Shown here: positions 1 to 8,063 of the stretch, one piece after another
Position numbering within the stretch: position 1 is the first letter of the stretch
Layout: each line of letters begins with the position of its first letter
DNA from: an uncultured Pseudomonadales bacterium
GTDB taxonomy: Bacteria; Patescibacteriota; Microgenomatia; UBA1400; UBA1396
Reading direction: 5' to 3'
DNA length: 64,000 bases
Assembly (NCBI GenBank): GCA_964447905.1
Contig: CAYUUK010000002.1
Coordinates: forward strand, 21,176 to 85,175
The notes under the pieces: model-generated
What the model was told of the DNA's origin: nothing
Seen by the model: the letters and a program-made list of their open reading frames with translations, nothing else
The model's database searches: none
Made by a program: the position numbers and the translations under genes

Positions 1-471
1 TCTGACTGTAGCTGTGAAGAACGCATTGATTCTGGCTTCATCATCGAAAAATACGAAGATATTGACGGTGACGCCAACCGCGACAGCAACGAACCTGGTT
101 TAGACTGGAAGTTCGAGTGGCGCCGCGATGAAGATAATGAATGGTTCGCCTACGAAACCTATGATCATAACAATGGTCGTGGTGGACGTGTCGGCAACCT
201 CAAGTCAGGTGACCAAATTATCATCCGTGAAATCATGCAAGACGGTTGGTATGCTACCACTCCTCAAGAAGTGAGTATCACTTTAGAAGAGAAGAGCACT
301 ACCACTGTTCGCTTCGGTAACAAGCGCAGTAAGCCAGAAGTCACGGCTGCACCAACACCATCTACGTTGCCAGAAACAGGCACACCTGGTGAACAGGCAG
401 TAGCCATCTCGCTCTCCTTTGCCATGATTGGTTTGGGATTGACTTGGTTACGCTCACGCCTCACCGCCTAA
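1..471 (+). CDS. 3' end of an LPXTG-anchored surface protein; the gene continues upstream of the window
   Basis: Frame 1 is open from base 1. The C-terminus reads ...TAAPTPSTLPETGTPGEQAVAISLSFAMIGLGLTWLRSRLTA*. That is an LPETG motif (367..381), then a hydrophobic segment, then a basic tail, which is the canonical sortase sorting signal. Confidence 0.6.
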   Translation, partial: SDCSCEERIDSGFIIEKYEDIDGDANRDSNEPGLDWKFEWRRDEDNEWFAYETYDHNNGRGGRVGNLKSGDQIIIREIMQDGWYATTPQEVSITLEEKSTTTVRFGNKRSKPEVTAAPTPSTLPETGTPGEQAVAISLSFAMIGLGLTWLRSRLTA

Positions 472-1634
472 GAGACAGTATCGGGAGCCATATGGCCTAC
501 CAAACCTTCAGTGGATCATTTTCCATTCAGGCTTCCGTAGCTGACTGGAAAGCCCACAACTACACCTCACCCCAACTCTGGCTCGACCTCGGTGCCTACC
601 GAGAAAGCCTCAGACGGGACACTGACCAGTGGTACTTGGCACAAGGAAGTGCATACCTGCTTTCGCTTAGCGCACTCCAACCGCTTCCCAGTATCTCGAT
701 TCCGGCTCCCCAGTTCCCTGAGCTTACTTTGCCGGAAATTACTTGGCCAGCCGTCTCGGTTCCAAACGTATCTGTTCCGAGCTTTACTGTCTCACTCTCT
801 GTACCGGCATGGAGTTTTTCACCAGATACGAGCCAACGTATCTTGAAAGGCGCTACCCACTTAGCCTACGGTATTTCCTTGGCCTCATTTTTATTTTTCT
901 TGGGACCAATACTTCTCCTAGAGAGCCAACACATCTGGAAGGATATTGCCAACAGAGTAGGAAACAGCCGTATTTACTCAGCCGTTGTGGAGACCCCTGC
1001 CCTAGAGGGAGCATCACCACCTCCAACAACCACTACCATGCCAACTCCGACACCTGAGTCATATGTCTCTAATTCATATGATGTTTTCTCCTTGAAGGTA
1101 CCCGAACTGGATATCGAAAGCATTGTTATTCCCAACGTCGATAGCGCAGATAAAGAAAGCTACACCACAGCACTCAAGCAAGGCATTGCCCACGCCGCTG
1201 GTACTGGATTGCCCGACCAACTCGAGAACAATAAAACTATGTACTTCTTTGCTCACTCCACTGATGCAGCATGGAATGTTGCCTTCTATAATGCGCAATT
1301 CTACGCGCTCAAAGACGCCGAAATCGGGCAAACGATAGACATACGCTTCTGGGGTGAAGATTACTCCTATCGCATAGTAGAAAAGACAGTCATCGCCGCA
1401 GACGATACCAGTGCACTTGCCCCACAAACAGAACAAGAGCAGCTTATTTTACAGACGTGCTACCCACCGGGCACCACTTGGAAACGCCTCCTCATTCGCG
1501 CGGTACCGGCTAGCGAGTACGATGAATATCAAGAAAAACAAAACACGCCAGAGGACACAATAACGTCTTATAACAGCGCTATTGATGACATAGACAAACC
1601 CCTCACCGCTCAGTACAATACGCGAACGGTGTAA
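444..1634 (+). CDS. sortase-family transpeptidase; the true start may be the ATG at 492
   Basis: The C-terminal region ...EQLILQTCYPPGTTWKRLLIRAV matches the sortase active-site TLxTC motif. It lies immediately downstream of the LPETG substrate gene. Confidence 0.6.
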   Translation: MVTLTPHRLRDSIGSHMAYQTFSGSFSIQASVADWKAHNYTSPQLWLDLGAYRESLRRDTDQWYLAQGSAYLLSLSALQPLPSISIPAPQFPELTLPEITWPAVSVPNVSVPSFTVSLSVPAWSFSPDTSQRILKGATHLAYGISLASFLFFLGPILLLESQHIWKDIANRVGNSRIYSAVVETPALEGASPPPTTTTMPTPTPESYVSNSYDVFSLKVPELDIESIVIPNVDSADKESYTTALKQGIAHAAGTGLPDQLENNKTMYFFAHSTDAAWNVAFYNAQFYALKDAEIGQTIDIRFWGEDYSYRIVEKTVIAADDTSALAPQTEQEQLILQTCYPPGTTWKRLLIRAVPASEYDEYQEKQNTPEDTITSYNSAIDDIDKPLTAQYNTRTV

Positions 1635-1653
1635 ACACCACAGAAAGGCCACT

Positions 1654-2133
1654 ATGTCTGACGATACCCAGACTATTGCCATGACACAAACCGGTTACAA
1701 CGAACTGGTTGCCGAGTTACAAGAACTCGTCGAAGTAAAAATTCCAACCGCTATTAAGCGACTTGCACTTGCTCGCTCTCATGGAGACCTCTCTGAGAAT
1801 GCAGAGTACCATGCAGCCAAAGAAGATTTGGCTTTCCTGGAAGGTCGTAAAGATGAGCTCGATATGCTCATTCAACGAGCCGAAATCATTGCCCCAGAAG
1901 ACAACATTCAAGGCATTGTTGGGTTAGGCTCACAAGTCATTGTCGAGATCGACGGCAAAGGCAAACAACACATTTTCCACATCGTGGGTGAATGGGAAGC
2001 TGACCCGAGCGCCCGAAAGATCTCTTCAAAATCTCCTCTTGGACTTGCTTTATTAGGCAAACAGGTTGGTGAGTCGGTTGAGGTTGATGTACCTGCTGGA
2101 AAAGTGGTGTACTCGATTCAAGAAGTAAAATAG
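1654..2133 (+). CDS. greA: transcription elongation factor GreA
   Basis: 159 aa. GreA-like N-terminal coiled coil and C-terminal FKBP-like domain; LARSHGDLSENAEYHAAKE motif. Confidence 0.85.
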   Translation: MSDDTQTIAMTQTGYNELVAELQELVEVKIPTAIKRLALARSHGDLSENAEYHAAKEDLAFLEGRKDELDMLIQRAEIIAPEDNIQGIVGLGSQVIVEIDGKGKQHIFHIVGEWEADPSARKISSKSPLGLALLGKQVGESVEVDVPAGKVVYSIQEVK

Positions 2134-2191
2134 AGTGGGGGAACCCGAGCCTCCAACTACCTCTGGAGGGGAAAACCTACTTTACAACTAC

Positions 2192-2227
2192 CTCAAGGAG
2201 GGGAAACCTAGGTTTCCCCTCCTTGAG
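2192..2227. repeat. 36-bp perfect palindrome (ctcaaggaggggaaa-cctagg-tttcccctccttgag) inside a nested inverted/direct repeat region (2140..2255) between greA and tig
   Basis: Read directly: the reverse complement of 2192..2227 equals itself. It is flanked by an outer inverted repeat, gggggaaccc (2147..2156) and gggttccccc (2242..2251), and by a 24-nt imperfect direct repeat (caactacctc[tg/aa]ggaggggaaa(a)cc). Confidence 0.7.
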
Positions 2228-2270
2228 TAAATTAACCAACAGGGTTCCCCCAAACGAAACGCTCCACATA

Positions 2271-2279
2271 TGATACAAT
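2271..2279 (+). promoter_or_regulatory. extended -10 element TGATACAAT; the tig ATG (2288) lies 8 nt downstream, so the mRNA is predicted leaderless
   Basis: TGnTACAAT match. The same motif recurs upstream of many genes in this window. The ATG at 2270 is embedded in the motif, so 2288 is the more likely start. Confidence 0.45.
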
Positions 2280-2287
2280 CACCACCT

Positions 2288-3244
2288 ATGGCAGAACAAA
2301 AAAACACTACCAAACCAGAGAAGAAAACAGCAAAAAAGGCTGCTGATTCCAAGAAAAAATCAGTCAAAAAGACTGATGCAGCTTCTCAAGACACACAACA
2401 ACCAACTCTCATCTCAGAAAATACTACTTTTACCATTACGCTAAAAGCGGATGATATTGCTACCACCAAGCAAAAAGTACTCCAAAAAGCACAACAGCAA
2501 GCTAAGTTTGAAGGTTTCCGCAAAGGAAAAGCTCCTCTCGCTCTTGTCGAGGAACGACTCGGTGAAAACCGTGTCCGCGATATGGTCTTAGAAGAGCTCC
2601 TTTCAGACGCCTACATTGCGCACATCCGAGAAAATGACCTCCAACCCCTCACCGACCCAGCGGTCTCAGCCGAGTCTGTCGAAGAGGGCAAAGACTGGGT
2701 TTTCAAAGTCGAAATCGCCGAAACTCCAGACTTTGAACTCGGTGAATACCAAAAAATAGTCACCGATACAAAAAAGAAGCATGATCTCTGGAAAGAAAAA
2801 GCAGCAAAATCTGATACAGAAAAAGATGCTGAAAACGTCTCTCCAGAAATGAAGCGCCAGCAACAAATTAGCGCACTTCTCGAAGCTATTCTCGAGAAGG
2901 TAACTATTCAAATTCCTGAGCTTCTCGTACGCAAAGAAACTGAGCGTGCACTCCATGAGTTCGGTCACCAGCTCGAACACATGAATGTCACCCTCGATGA
3001 CTACCTCGAGAAAGTCGGTAAATCCATTCAAGACATTCACCAGGAATACGCCGCCCGCTCACTCATGAACTTACAAGTTGAGTTCTTACTCGGCGCCATT
3101 GTGCGAACAGAGAAGATTGAACTCCCAGAAAAAGAAGTTGAAGCGATTTTATCCCAGGTAGAGAACCCCAGTGCTGAGCAGCGTCAATACGTTATTGCTT
3201 CATTGTTGAAGCAACGTGCGGTCGATCACCTCTTAACACTCTAG
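2288..3244 (+). CDS. tig: trigger factor, short form lacking an obvious PPIase domain
   Basis: N-terminal ribosome-binding domain with the GFRKGKAP signature (trigger-factor GFRxGxxP motif). About 320 aa, so PPIase and part of the C-terminal region are probably reduced. Confidence 0.65.
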   Translation: MAEQKNTTKPEKKTAKKAADSKKKSVKKTDAASQDTQQPTLISENTTFTITLKADDIATTKQKVLQKAQQQAKFEGFRKGKAPLALVEERLGENRVRDMVLEELLSDAYIAHIRENDLQPLTDPAVSAESVEEGKDWVFKVEIAETPDFELGEYQKIVTDTKKKHDLWKEKAAKSDTEKDAENVSPEMKRQQQISALLEAILEKVTIQIPELLVRKETERALHEFGHQLEHMNVTLDDYLEKVGKSIQDIHQEYAARSLMNLQVEFLLGAIVRTEKIELPEKEVEAILSQVENPSAEQRQYVIASLLKQRAVDHLLTL

Positions 3245-3332
3245 GCCTTTACCGCTATAATGCGAATTACGTCTCCCGAACTCTGGGAACACACTTGAGT
3301 TTTGTATTATATTTGGGTATAATACACAATCT

Positions 3333-4265
3333 ATGGTAGGGCAGACCAACGATATGCAGAACCAGTTCGCAGGATCAGCAACTCATTCAAAACCTGAATT
3401 GAATGCGGGCGATTTTCGCGGCGCTGATATTCCTGCCTCCCATGATGAAGGATCAACAGCCGCCCTCGCCCAAATGATGCAAGCTGCTCAGGCTGGTGGA
3501 GAAACCGAGTTCCCAGAAATCGCCACTGCACCATCATTGGAAAGCCAGTCCCAGGGTACTCGGAGTACTGGTTTACGCGGCGCGTTTGACACCTGGGCCC
3601 AAGCTCCTGATCAAATTGGTCAGACATTTGGTGTTTCCGGCATCACGCTTGGGGGCAACGGCACTATCTTTGATCGACAAGCACACCAAGATGACCAACG
3701 CAGGGCTGGTCATAACTCATATGTAAATGAGCTTATTCGCCAAAACCAACAAAACACCCCACAACGCGACAACTTCCAAGCACAAGCTGATCAGATGAAT
3801 GCTGACTTACTTCGTGGCAACAAGAATCGTAAAGACGCGGCAAGCTCTCCTGCACAAACTGAATCCGGACACACCCGCGCCCAAACAAGGTATGATCAGC
3901 AGCGTGCAGCTAAAATTGAGCAAACTCGAGAACAACTGAAAGTTGCTTCCAAAAGCAGAGCACCTAAGAGCCACAATCCAGCCGGCAGAAGCACACTGCT
4001 CAATACTGAACGAACACCTGCTACACAGGGTAACAGTGTTAATTCGCCTTTAGAAAAACTCTTATCTATGGTGAGCGCTAGCATTCAGTCTGCAACACGA
4101 CGTGCAAAAGCAATGGAAGCACATGAAATTGCTGCCAAACGCCGCAATGCCAGAAAACAAGCTACCGGACCAAAAGGCTTAGACCGAATTTCCGAATCGG
4201 CCGCACAGTCTCTTGATACTATTCAGCAATTAAATGGCGGACTTGATTGGACAGCAGGCGAGTAG
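3333..4265 (+). CDS. hypothetical Gln/Ala/Arg-rich low-complexity protein with no TM segment
   Basis: Long ORF in an otherwise unoccupied region with good codon periodicity. Predicted disordered and Q-rich (QNQQNTPQRDNFQAQADQ). Preceded by a TATAAT (3318..3323) 9 nt before the ATG. Confidence 0.5.
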   Translation: MVGQTNDMQNQFAGSATHSKPELNAGDFRGADIPASHDEGSTAALAQMMQAAQAGGETEFPEIATAPSLESQSQGTRSTGLRGAFDTWAQAPDQIGQTFGVSGITLGGNGTIFDRQAHQDDQRRAGHNSYVNELIRQNQQNTPQRDNFQAQADQMNADLLRGNKNRKDAASSPAQTESGHTRAQTRYDQQRAAKIEQTREQLKVASKSRAPKSHNPAGRSTLLNTERTPATQGNSVNSPLEKLLSMVSASIQSATRRAKAMEAHEIAAKRRNARKQATGPKGLDRISESAAQSLDTIQQLNGGLDWTAGE

Positions 4266-4280
4266 TCTCTGCCAAAAGCA

Positions 4281-4289
4281 TGATACAAT
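4281..4289 (+). promoter_or_regulatory. extended -10 TGATACAAT upstream of tRNA-Val
   Basis: TGnTACAAT 20 nt upstream of the tRNA 5' end. Confidence 0.4.
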
Positions 4290-4308
4290 ATCTGCCTACC
4301 CAAAATTT

Positions 4309-4380
4309 GAGTCTGTAGCTCAGTGGTAGAGCGCTTCGTTGACATCGAAGAGGCCACAGGTTCGAACCCTGTCAGACTCA
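4309..4380 (+). tRNA. tRNA-Val (anticodon GAC)
   Basis: Cloverleaf read from sequence: acceptor GAGTCTG/CAGACTC, D-arm GCTCAGTGGTAGAGC, anticodon stem CTTCG/CGAAG with loop TTGACAT, T-arm GGTTCGAACCC. CCA is not encoded. Confidence 0.85.
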
Positions 4381-4456
4381 CTCTCTCTTTTTTCCGAACT
4401 GTGTGTGTTTTTCGTTTTCATAGATTTTCAGGCATGTGTTATACTGGGCAAGCAAA

Positions 4457-4861
4457 ATGGCCAATGTTCAACCATTAGATACCAATGAATCGTCTCAAGT
4501 CGTCGACCAGCCTGGTCGCCGCACGATTTACGATGCCTCGACGAGTGAAATTTTCGTAAAAAGCTTTGTGGCCGGCATCGGACTCGGGCTTGGCCGTATG
4601 ATTGCCACGATTATCTTTTTTGGTATCGTTGTGGGTATTTTTGTCACCTATCTCGAGCCATGGCTCATGGGCTTCATGACACAGCTCGAGCGAATTACGC
4701 CCCAATTCTTGATCCCAACCACGACCACGCAACCAGCAAACACTGATGCCAACCCCAGTCGTTTCCAATACAATGAAGATCAGTTATTCGATCTTTTTAA
4801 TTCTTTCCGTACGGTGGAACCTGAAAACACAGAAGCCACCACTACAACTACTACCCAATAA
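4457..4861 (+). CDS. small hypothetical membrane protein, one or two TM helices with a Thr-rich C-terminus
   Basis: The ORF track shows 4436..4861, but the ATG at 4436 sits inside a -10-like TGTTATACT. The ATG at 4457 (MANVQ...) is the more likely start. Hydrophobic stretch FVAGIGLGLGRMIATIIFFGIVVGIFV. Confidence 0.45.
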   Translation: MANVQPLDTNESSQVVDQPGRRTIYDASTSEIFVKSFVAGIGLGLGRMIATIIFFGIVVGIFVTYLEPWLMGFMTQLERITPQFLIPTTTTQPANTDANPSRFQYNEDQLFDLFNSFRTVEPENTEATTTTTTQ

Positions 4862-4879
4862 AACAGTAAGGAGCTCTTC

Positions 4880-6724
4880 ATGTCTGAGCACGCAGACAAT
4901 GTAGCAAAAATTCGTCATTCCGCAGAACATATCCTCACTATGGCTATGGAACTGCTCTACGGACCAGACAAGATTGTCATGGCCATGGGTCCGGCAACCG
5001 ACACCGGTTTTTACTTTGACTTTGAACCTCGCAACATCACCATCAACGAAAACAACTTCGCAGAAATCGAAGCCAAAATGCAGGAGCTCGTCGGCCAAAA
5101 CCTCCTTTTTGAGCGTATTGAAGTCGAACCCAGCCTCGCCCGCACCATCTTCGCCAACAACGACTACAAACAAGAATGGATCGCCAAAGCAGAGGAGAAC
5201 AAAGAACCTGTTTCCTTATACCTCACCGGTAAAGAAGAAGACCTCGCCGCAGCAAAAGCCTTAGTCGAACAGGGAAAACGCCCGATTCTCTCTGAACTCC
5301 TCGTTTTTGTGGACCTCTGTAAAGGACCACACGTCGAGAACACGCGCGAAATCAAAGCCTTCACGCTCCTCAACGTGGCCGGCGCCTACTGGCATGGAGA
5401 TGAAAACAACATCATGCTCACCCGCATTTACGGCACGGCTTTCCCGAGCCGAAAAGAGCAGCGCGCCTACCTGCAAATGCTAGAGGAAGCACGCAAACGC
5501 GATCACCGAAAACTCGGAAAAGAGCTCGACTTATTCACGTTCTCCGAACTGGTTGGTCCGGGACTCCCACTTTGGGCACCAAAAGGTGCTATGCTACGCA
5601 ACCTGCTCGATGAGTTTGTCTGGAAACTGCGCCAGCAGTACGGCTACCAACGCGTTGAAATTCCACACGTCACCAAGAAAGACCTCTACGAACGCAGCGG
5701 TCACTGGGACAAATTTGCCGACGAACTCTTCCGCATTCAAACCCGCGAAGGACATGAGTTCGCCATGAAACCCATGAACTGTCCACACCACACGCAGATC
5801 TTTGACCGTCGACCGCACAGCTACCGAGAAATGCCCCAACGCTACGCCAACACCACCATGGTGTACCGCGACGAGCAAACGGGCGAACTGGCTGGCCTCT
5901 CTCGCGTACGCTCCATTGCGCAAGATGACGCCCACGTCTTTTGCCGACCATCTCAGGTCAAGGAAGAAATCAATCACATCTGGGATATTGTGCATGAGTT
6001 CTACGGCGCCTTTGGCTTTGAGCTGAGCGTGCGCTTGTCTCTCCACGATCCAGAGCATCCCGAAAAGTACCTTGGTTCTCCAGAGAACTGGGAGTTTGCT
6101 GAGAACCAAATGCGCCAGCTTATCCAAGATCATGGTGTTGAGTTTGTGGAAGCACCGGGCGAAGCCGCTTTTTACGGCCCCAAAATTGACTTTATGGGTC
6201 ATGACGCTATTGGTCGCGAGTGGCAAGTGGCCACTATTCAGCTCGATATGAACATGCCTGAGCGGTTTGATCTCAACTGTATCAACGAAGACGGCGAACA
6301 AGAACGCGTAGTTATGATTCACGCCGCCATTATGGGCGCCATTGAACGATTCTTGTCAGTCTTGATTGAACACTATGCTGGTGCTTTCCCTGCCTGGCTC
6401 GCACCAATCCAAGCCGTCATTATCCCAATTACCGCTGATCAAAGCGAGTATGCGAACGCACTGGCAAAAGAACTCGCTTCTCATGGTCTACGCATTGAAG
6501 TTCGTGACGAAGCAGAAACGATGCAAAACAGAATTCGCAAGGCTGAACAAGAAAAGGTACCCTACATGCTGGTAGTGGGCGCTCAGGAACAAGCTGCCCA
6601 CCAAGAATCGGGAACCTATGTGAGTGCCGTTCGCTCTCATGGCAAGAAGTCTCATGGCACGCTCTCTGCTCTCGAACTGGTAGAACGAGTCAAGACAGAT
6701 ACACCGCAAATCATGCGCGCATAA
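4880..6724 (+). CDS. thrS: threonyl-tRNA synthetase; no N-terminal TGS domain, editing-domain zinc motifs retained
   Basis: RHSAEHIL...CKGPH (HxxxH/CxxxH editing-site motif), RDHRKLGKELDLF, and class II aaRS core motifs. 614 aa. AAGGAG Shine-Dalgarno 8 nt upstream. Confidence 0.9.
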   Translation: MSEHADNVAKIRHSAEHILTMAMELLYGPDKIVMAMGPATDTGFYFDFEPRNITINENNFAEIEAKMQELVGQNLLFERIEVEPSLARTIFANNDYKQEWIAKAEENKEPVSLYLTGKEEDLAAAKALVEQGKRPILSELLVFVDLCKGPHVENTREIKAFTLLNVAGAYWHGDENNIMLTRIYGTAFPSRKEQRAYLQMLEEARKRDHRKLGKELDLFTFSELVGPGLPLWAPKGAMLRNLLDEFVWKLRQQYGYQRVEIPHVTKKDLYERSGHWDKFADELFRIQTREGHEFAMKPMNCPHHTQIFDRRPHSYREMPQRYANTTMVYRDEQTGELAGLSRVRSIAQDDAHVFCRPSQVKEEINHIWDIVHEFYGAFGFELSVRLSLHDPEHPEKYLGSPENWEFAENQMRQLIQDHGVEFVEAPGEAAFYGPKIDFMGHDAIGREWQVATIQLDMNMPERFDLNCINEDGEQERVVMIHAAIMGAIERFLSVLIEHYAGAFPAWLAPIQAVIIPITADQSEYANALAKELASHGLRIEVRDEAETMQNRIRKAEQEKVPYMLVVGAQEQAAHQESGTYVSAVRSHGKKSHGTLSALELVERVKTDTPQIMRA

Positions 6725-6725
6725 A

Positions 6726-6734
6726 TGATATAAT
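6726..6734 (+). promoter_or_regulatory. extended -10 TGATATAAT upstream of infC
   Basis: TGnTATAAT, followed by an AAGGAGG Shine-Dalgarno at 6751..6757. Confidence 0.45.
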
Positions 6735-6763
6735 AAGTGCTTTAAACAACAAGGAGGTAAGCA

Positions 6764-7312
6764 ATTCGCTTCAAACCAAGACGGCCAAAACATCGCCGTA
6801 AATCAGAATTTATTATGAACGAAGATATTCGAGCCAATGAGGTTCGTGTTCTGAGTGACCGCGGTGAACAGATCGGTGTTATGCCCAAAGATGAGGCTAT
6901 TCGTTTGGCAGAGGAACAAGAGAAGGATCTTATCCTTATTGTAGCCAAAGCCCAACCACCGGTGGCAAAAATAATCGAAGAATCGAAACACAAGTACCAA
7001 CAGCAGCAACAAAAGCAAAAGCAACGCCAAAGTGGCAAAGGTTCTGAAATTAAAGAACTTCGCTTGAGCCCATTTATTGCTGAAGGTGACTTGCTGGCTC
7101 GTACCAAACGCGTCCGAAAATTCTTAGAAGGCGGAGATAAAGTTCGTCTCCTTCTGCGTTTTCGTGGACGCGAGATCACCAAAAAAGAATTTGGTGAAAA
7201 CGTTCTCAATAAAATCTATGAAGCAGTAGAGGATGTGGCTCGCATTGAAATGGAACCAAAACTCCAAGGCAAAGTAATGACCATGCAGCTTATGCCAGAA
7301 AAGAAAAAGTAG
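6764..7312 (+). CDS. infC: translation initiation factor IF-3, probably initiating at a rare AUU codon (6764); the first in-frame ATG is at 6815
   Basis: The ORF from 6815 is clearly IF-3 (NEDIRANEVRVLSDRGEQIGV...). The frame is open back to the TAA at 6758..6760. A perfect AAGGAGG Shine-Dalgarno at 6751..6757 sits 6 nt before the ATT at 6764, and the N-extension it encodes (IRFKPRRPKHRRKSEF) is basic like other IF-3 N-termini. AUU starts are established for infC. Confidence 0.8.
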   Translation: MRFKPRRPKHRRKSEFIMNEDIRANEVRVLSDRGEQIGVMPKDEAIRLAEEQEKDLILIVAKAQPPVAKIIEESKHKYQQQQQKQKQRQSGKGSEIKELRLSPFIAEGDLLARTKRVRKFLEGGDKVRLLLRFRGREITKKEFGENVLNKIYEAVEDVARIEMEPKLQGKVMTMQLMPEKKK

Positions 7313-7366
7313 GGAATTTTTCTCTGTTGAGGGAAATATCCGCTTCTTTGATTCTGCGCAGATCCC

Positions 7367-7375
7367 TGTTATAAT
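7367..7375 (+). promoter_or_regulatory. extended -10 TGTTATAAT upstream of rpmI
   Basis: TGnTATAAT, followed by a GAAGGA Shine-Dalgarno and the ATG at 7396. Confidence 0.45.
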
Positions 7376-7395
7376 ACCCCTCTTGAAGGAATTCT

Positions 7396-7602
7396 ATGGC
7401 AAAAGGTTACAAACAGAAAACTCGAAAAGGCGTCGCCAAGCGTTTCAAAATTACCGCTACCGGTAAAGTCTTGCGTCGTCGTCAAAACATGCGTCACCTG
7501 CGCTCGAAAAAATCGAAGCGCACTATCCGCAGCTACCGCACTCCGGTAGAAGTGAAGGGTCGCTTTGCCAAGAAAATTAAGCAAATGCTCGGCATTGCCT
7601 AA
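7396..7602 (+). CDS. rpmI: 50S ribosomal protein L35
   Basis: 68 aa, basic, MAKGYKQKTRKGVAKRF... typical of L35. Conserved infC-rpmI-rplT order. Confidence 0.9.
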   Translation: MAKGYKQKTRKGVAKRFKITATGKVLRRRQNMRHLRSKKSKRTIRSYRTPVEVKGRFAKKIKQMLGIA

Positions 7603-7611
7603 AAGGAAATT

Positions 7612-7971
7612 ATGTCTCGCGTAAAAACAGGACCATACCGACGTCGTCGTCACAAAAAAGTGCTGAAAGCCAATAAAGGCTTCCGCATGACCAAAAACCG
7701 CTTGTACAAGGTGGCCAAAGAAGCCTTCTTGCACGCCGGTAAATATGCCTACATTGGCCGTAAAAACCGCAAACGCGACTTCCGCCGCTTGTGGATCTCT
7801 CGTATCAGTGCTGGTTTGGAGAACATTGCCAACGCCGTCAACTACTCTCGCTTCATCAACCAACTCAAAAAAGCCGATATTCAACTGAATCGTAAGATGC
7901 TGTCTGAGATGGCCGCTCGTGATTTTGAATCGTTTAGCAAGGTAGTTGAAGTAGCGAATAAAGCGAAATAA
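7612..7971 (+). CDS. rplT: 50S ribosomal protein L20
   Basis: 119 aa, MSRVKTGPYRRRRHKKVLKANKGFR... an L20 signature. Confidence 0.9.
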   Translation: MSRVKTGPYRRRRHKKVLKANKGFRMTKNRLYKVAKEAFLHAGKYAYIGRKNRKRDFRRLWISRISAGLENIANAVNYSRFINQLKKADIQLNRKMLSEMAARDFESFSKVVEVANKAK

Positions 7972-7997
7972 GACTCGCTCGCGCTTCAACTACCAGA

Positions 7998-8026
7998 AAC
8001 CCCCGCCTCCCGGGGGTTTTTTGTAC
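7998..8026 (+). terminator. Rho-independent terminator after rplT
   Basis: aaaCCCCCGcctcCGGGGGtttttt: a 6-bp GC stem, 4-nt loop and a T6 tract directly after the rplT stop. Confidence 0.7.
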
Positions 8027-8037
8027 CCACAGACCTT

Positions 8038-8046
8038 GATACAATC
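8038..8046 (+). promoter_or_regulatory. extended -10 TGATACAAT upstream of pheS
   Basis: TGnTACAAT 17 nt before the pheS ATG. Confidence 0.4.
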
Positions 8047-8063
8047 AAAACAAGAAAAGAGAC

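Noticed and set aside
2140-2255. Repeat cluster considered as a possible CRISPR array
   Set aside because: Only two imperfect direct repeat copies, no regular spacers and no cas genes. The structure is dominated by inverted repeats and a palindrome.
4862-4879. T-box leaders upstream of thrS, pheS and serS
   Set aside because: The intergenic spaces are only 18-90 nt, far too short for a T-box riboswitch. thrS has just a Shine-Dalgarno.
5594-6322. 242-aa antisense ORF inside thrS, and similar long antisense or alternate-frame ORFs (for example 9090..9866 in pheT, 17122..17727 over rnc, 39559..40350 in pyrG, 61074..62142 in eno)
   Set aside because: They lie entirely within well-supported conserved genes on the opposite strand or in another frame, and show no motif content. 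They are typical spurious ORFs produced by GC-rich codon bias.
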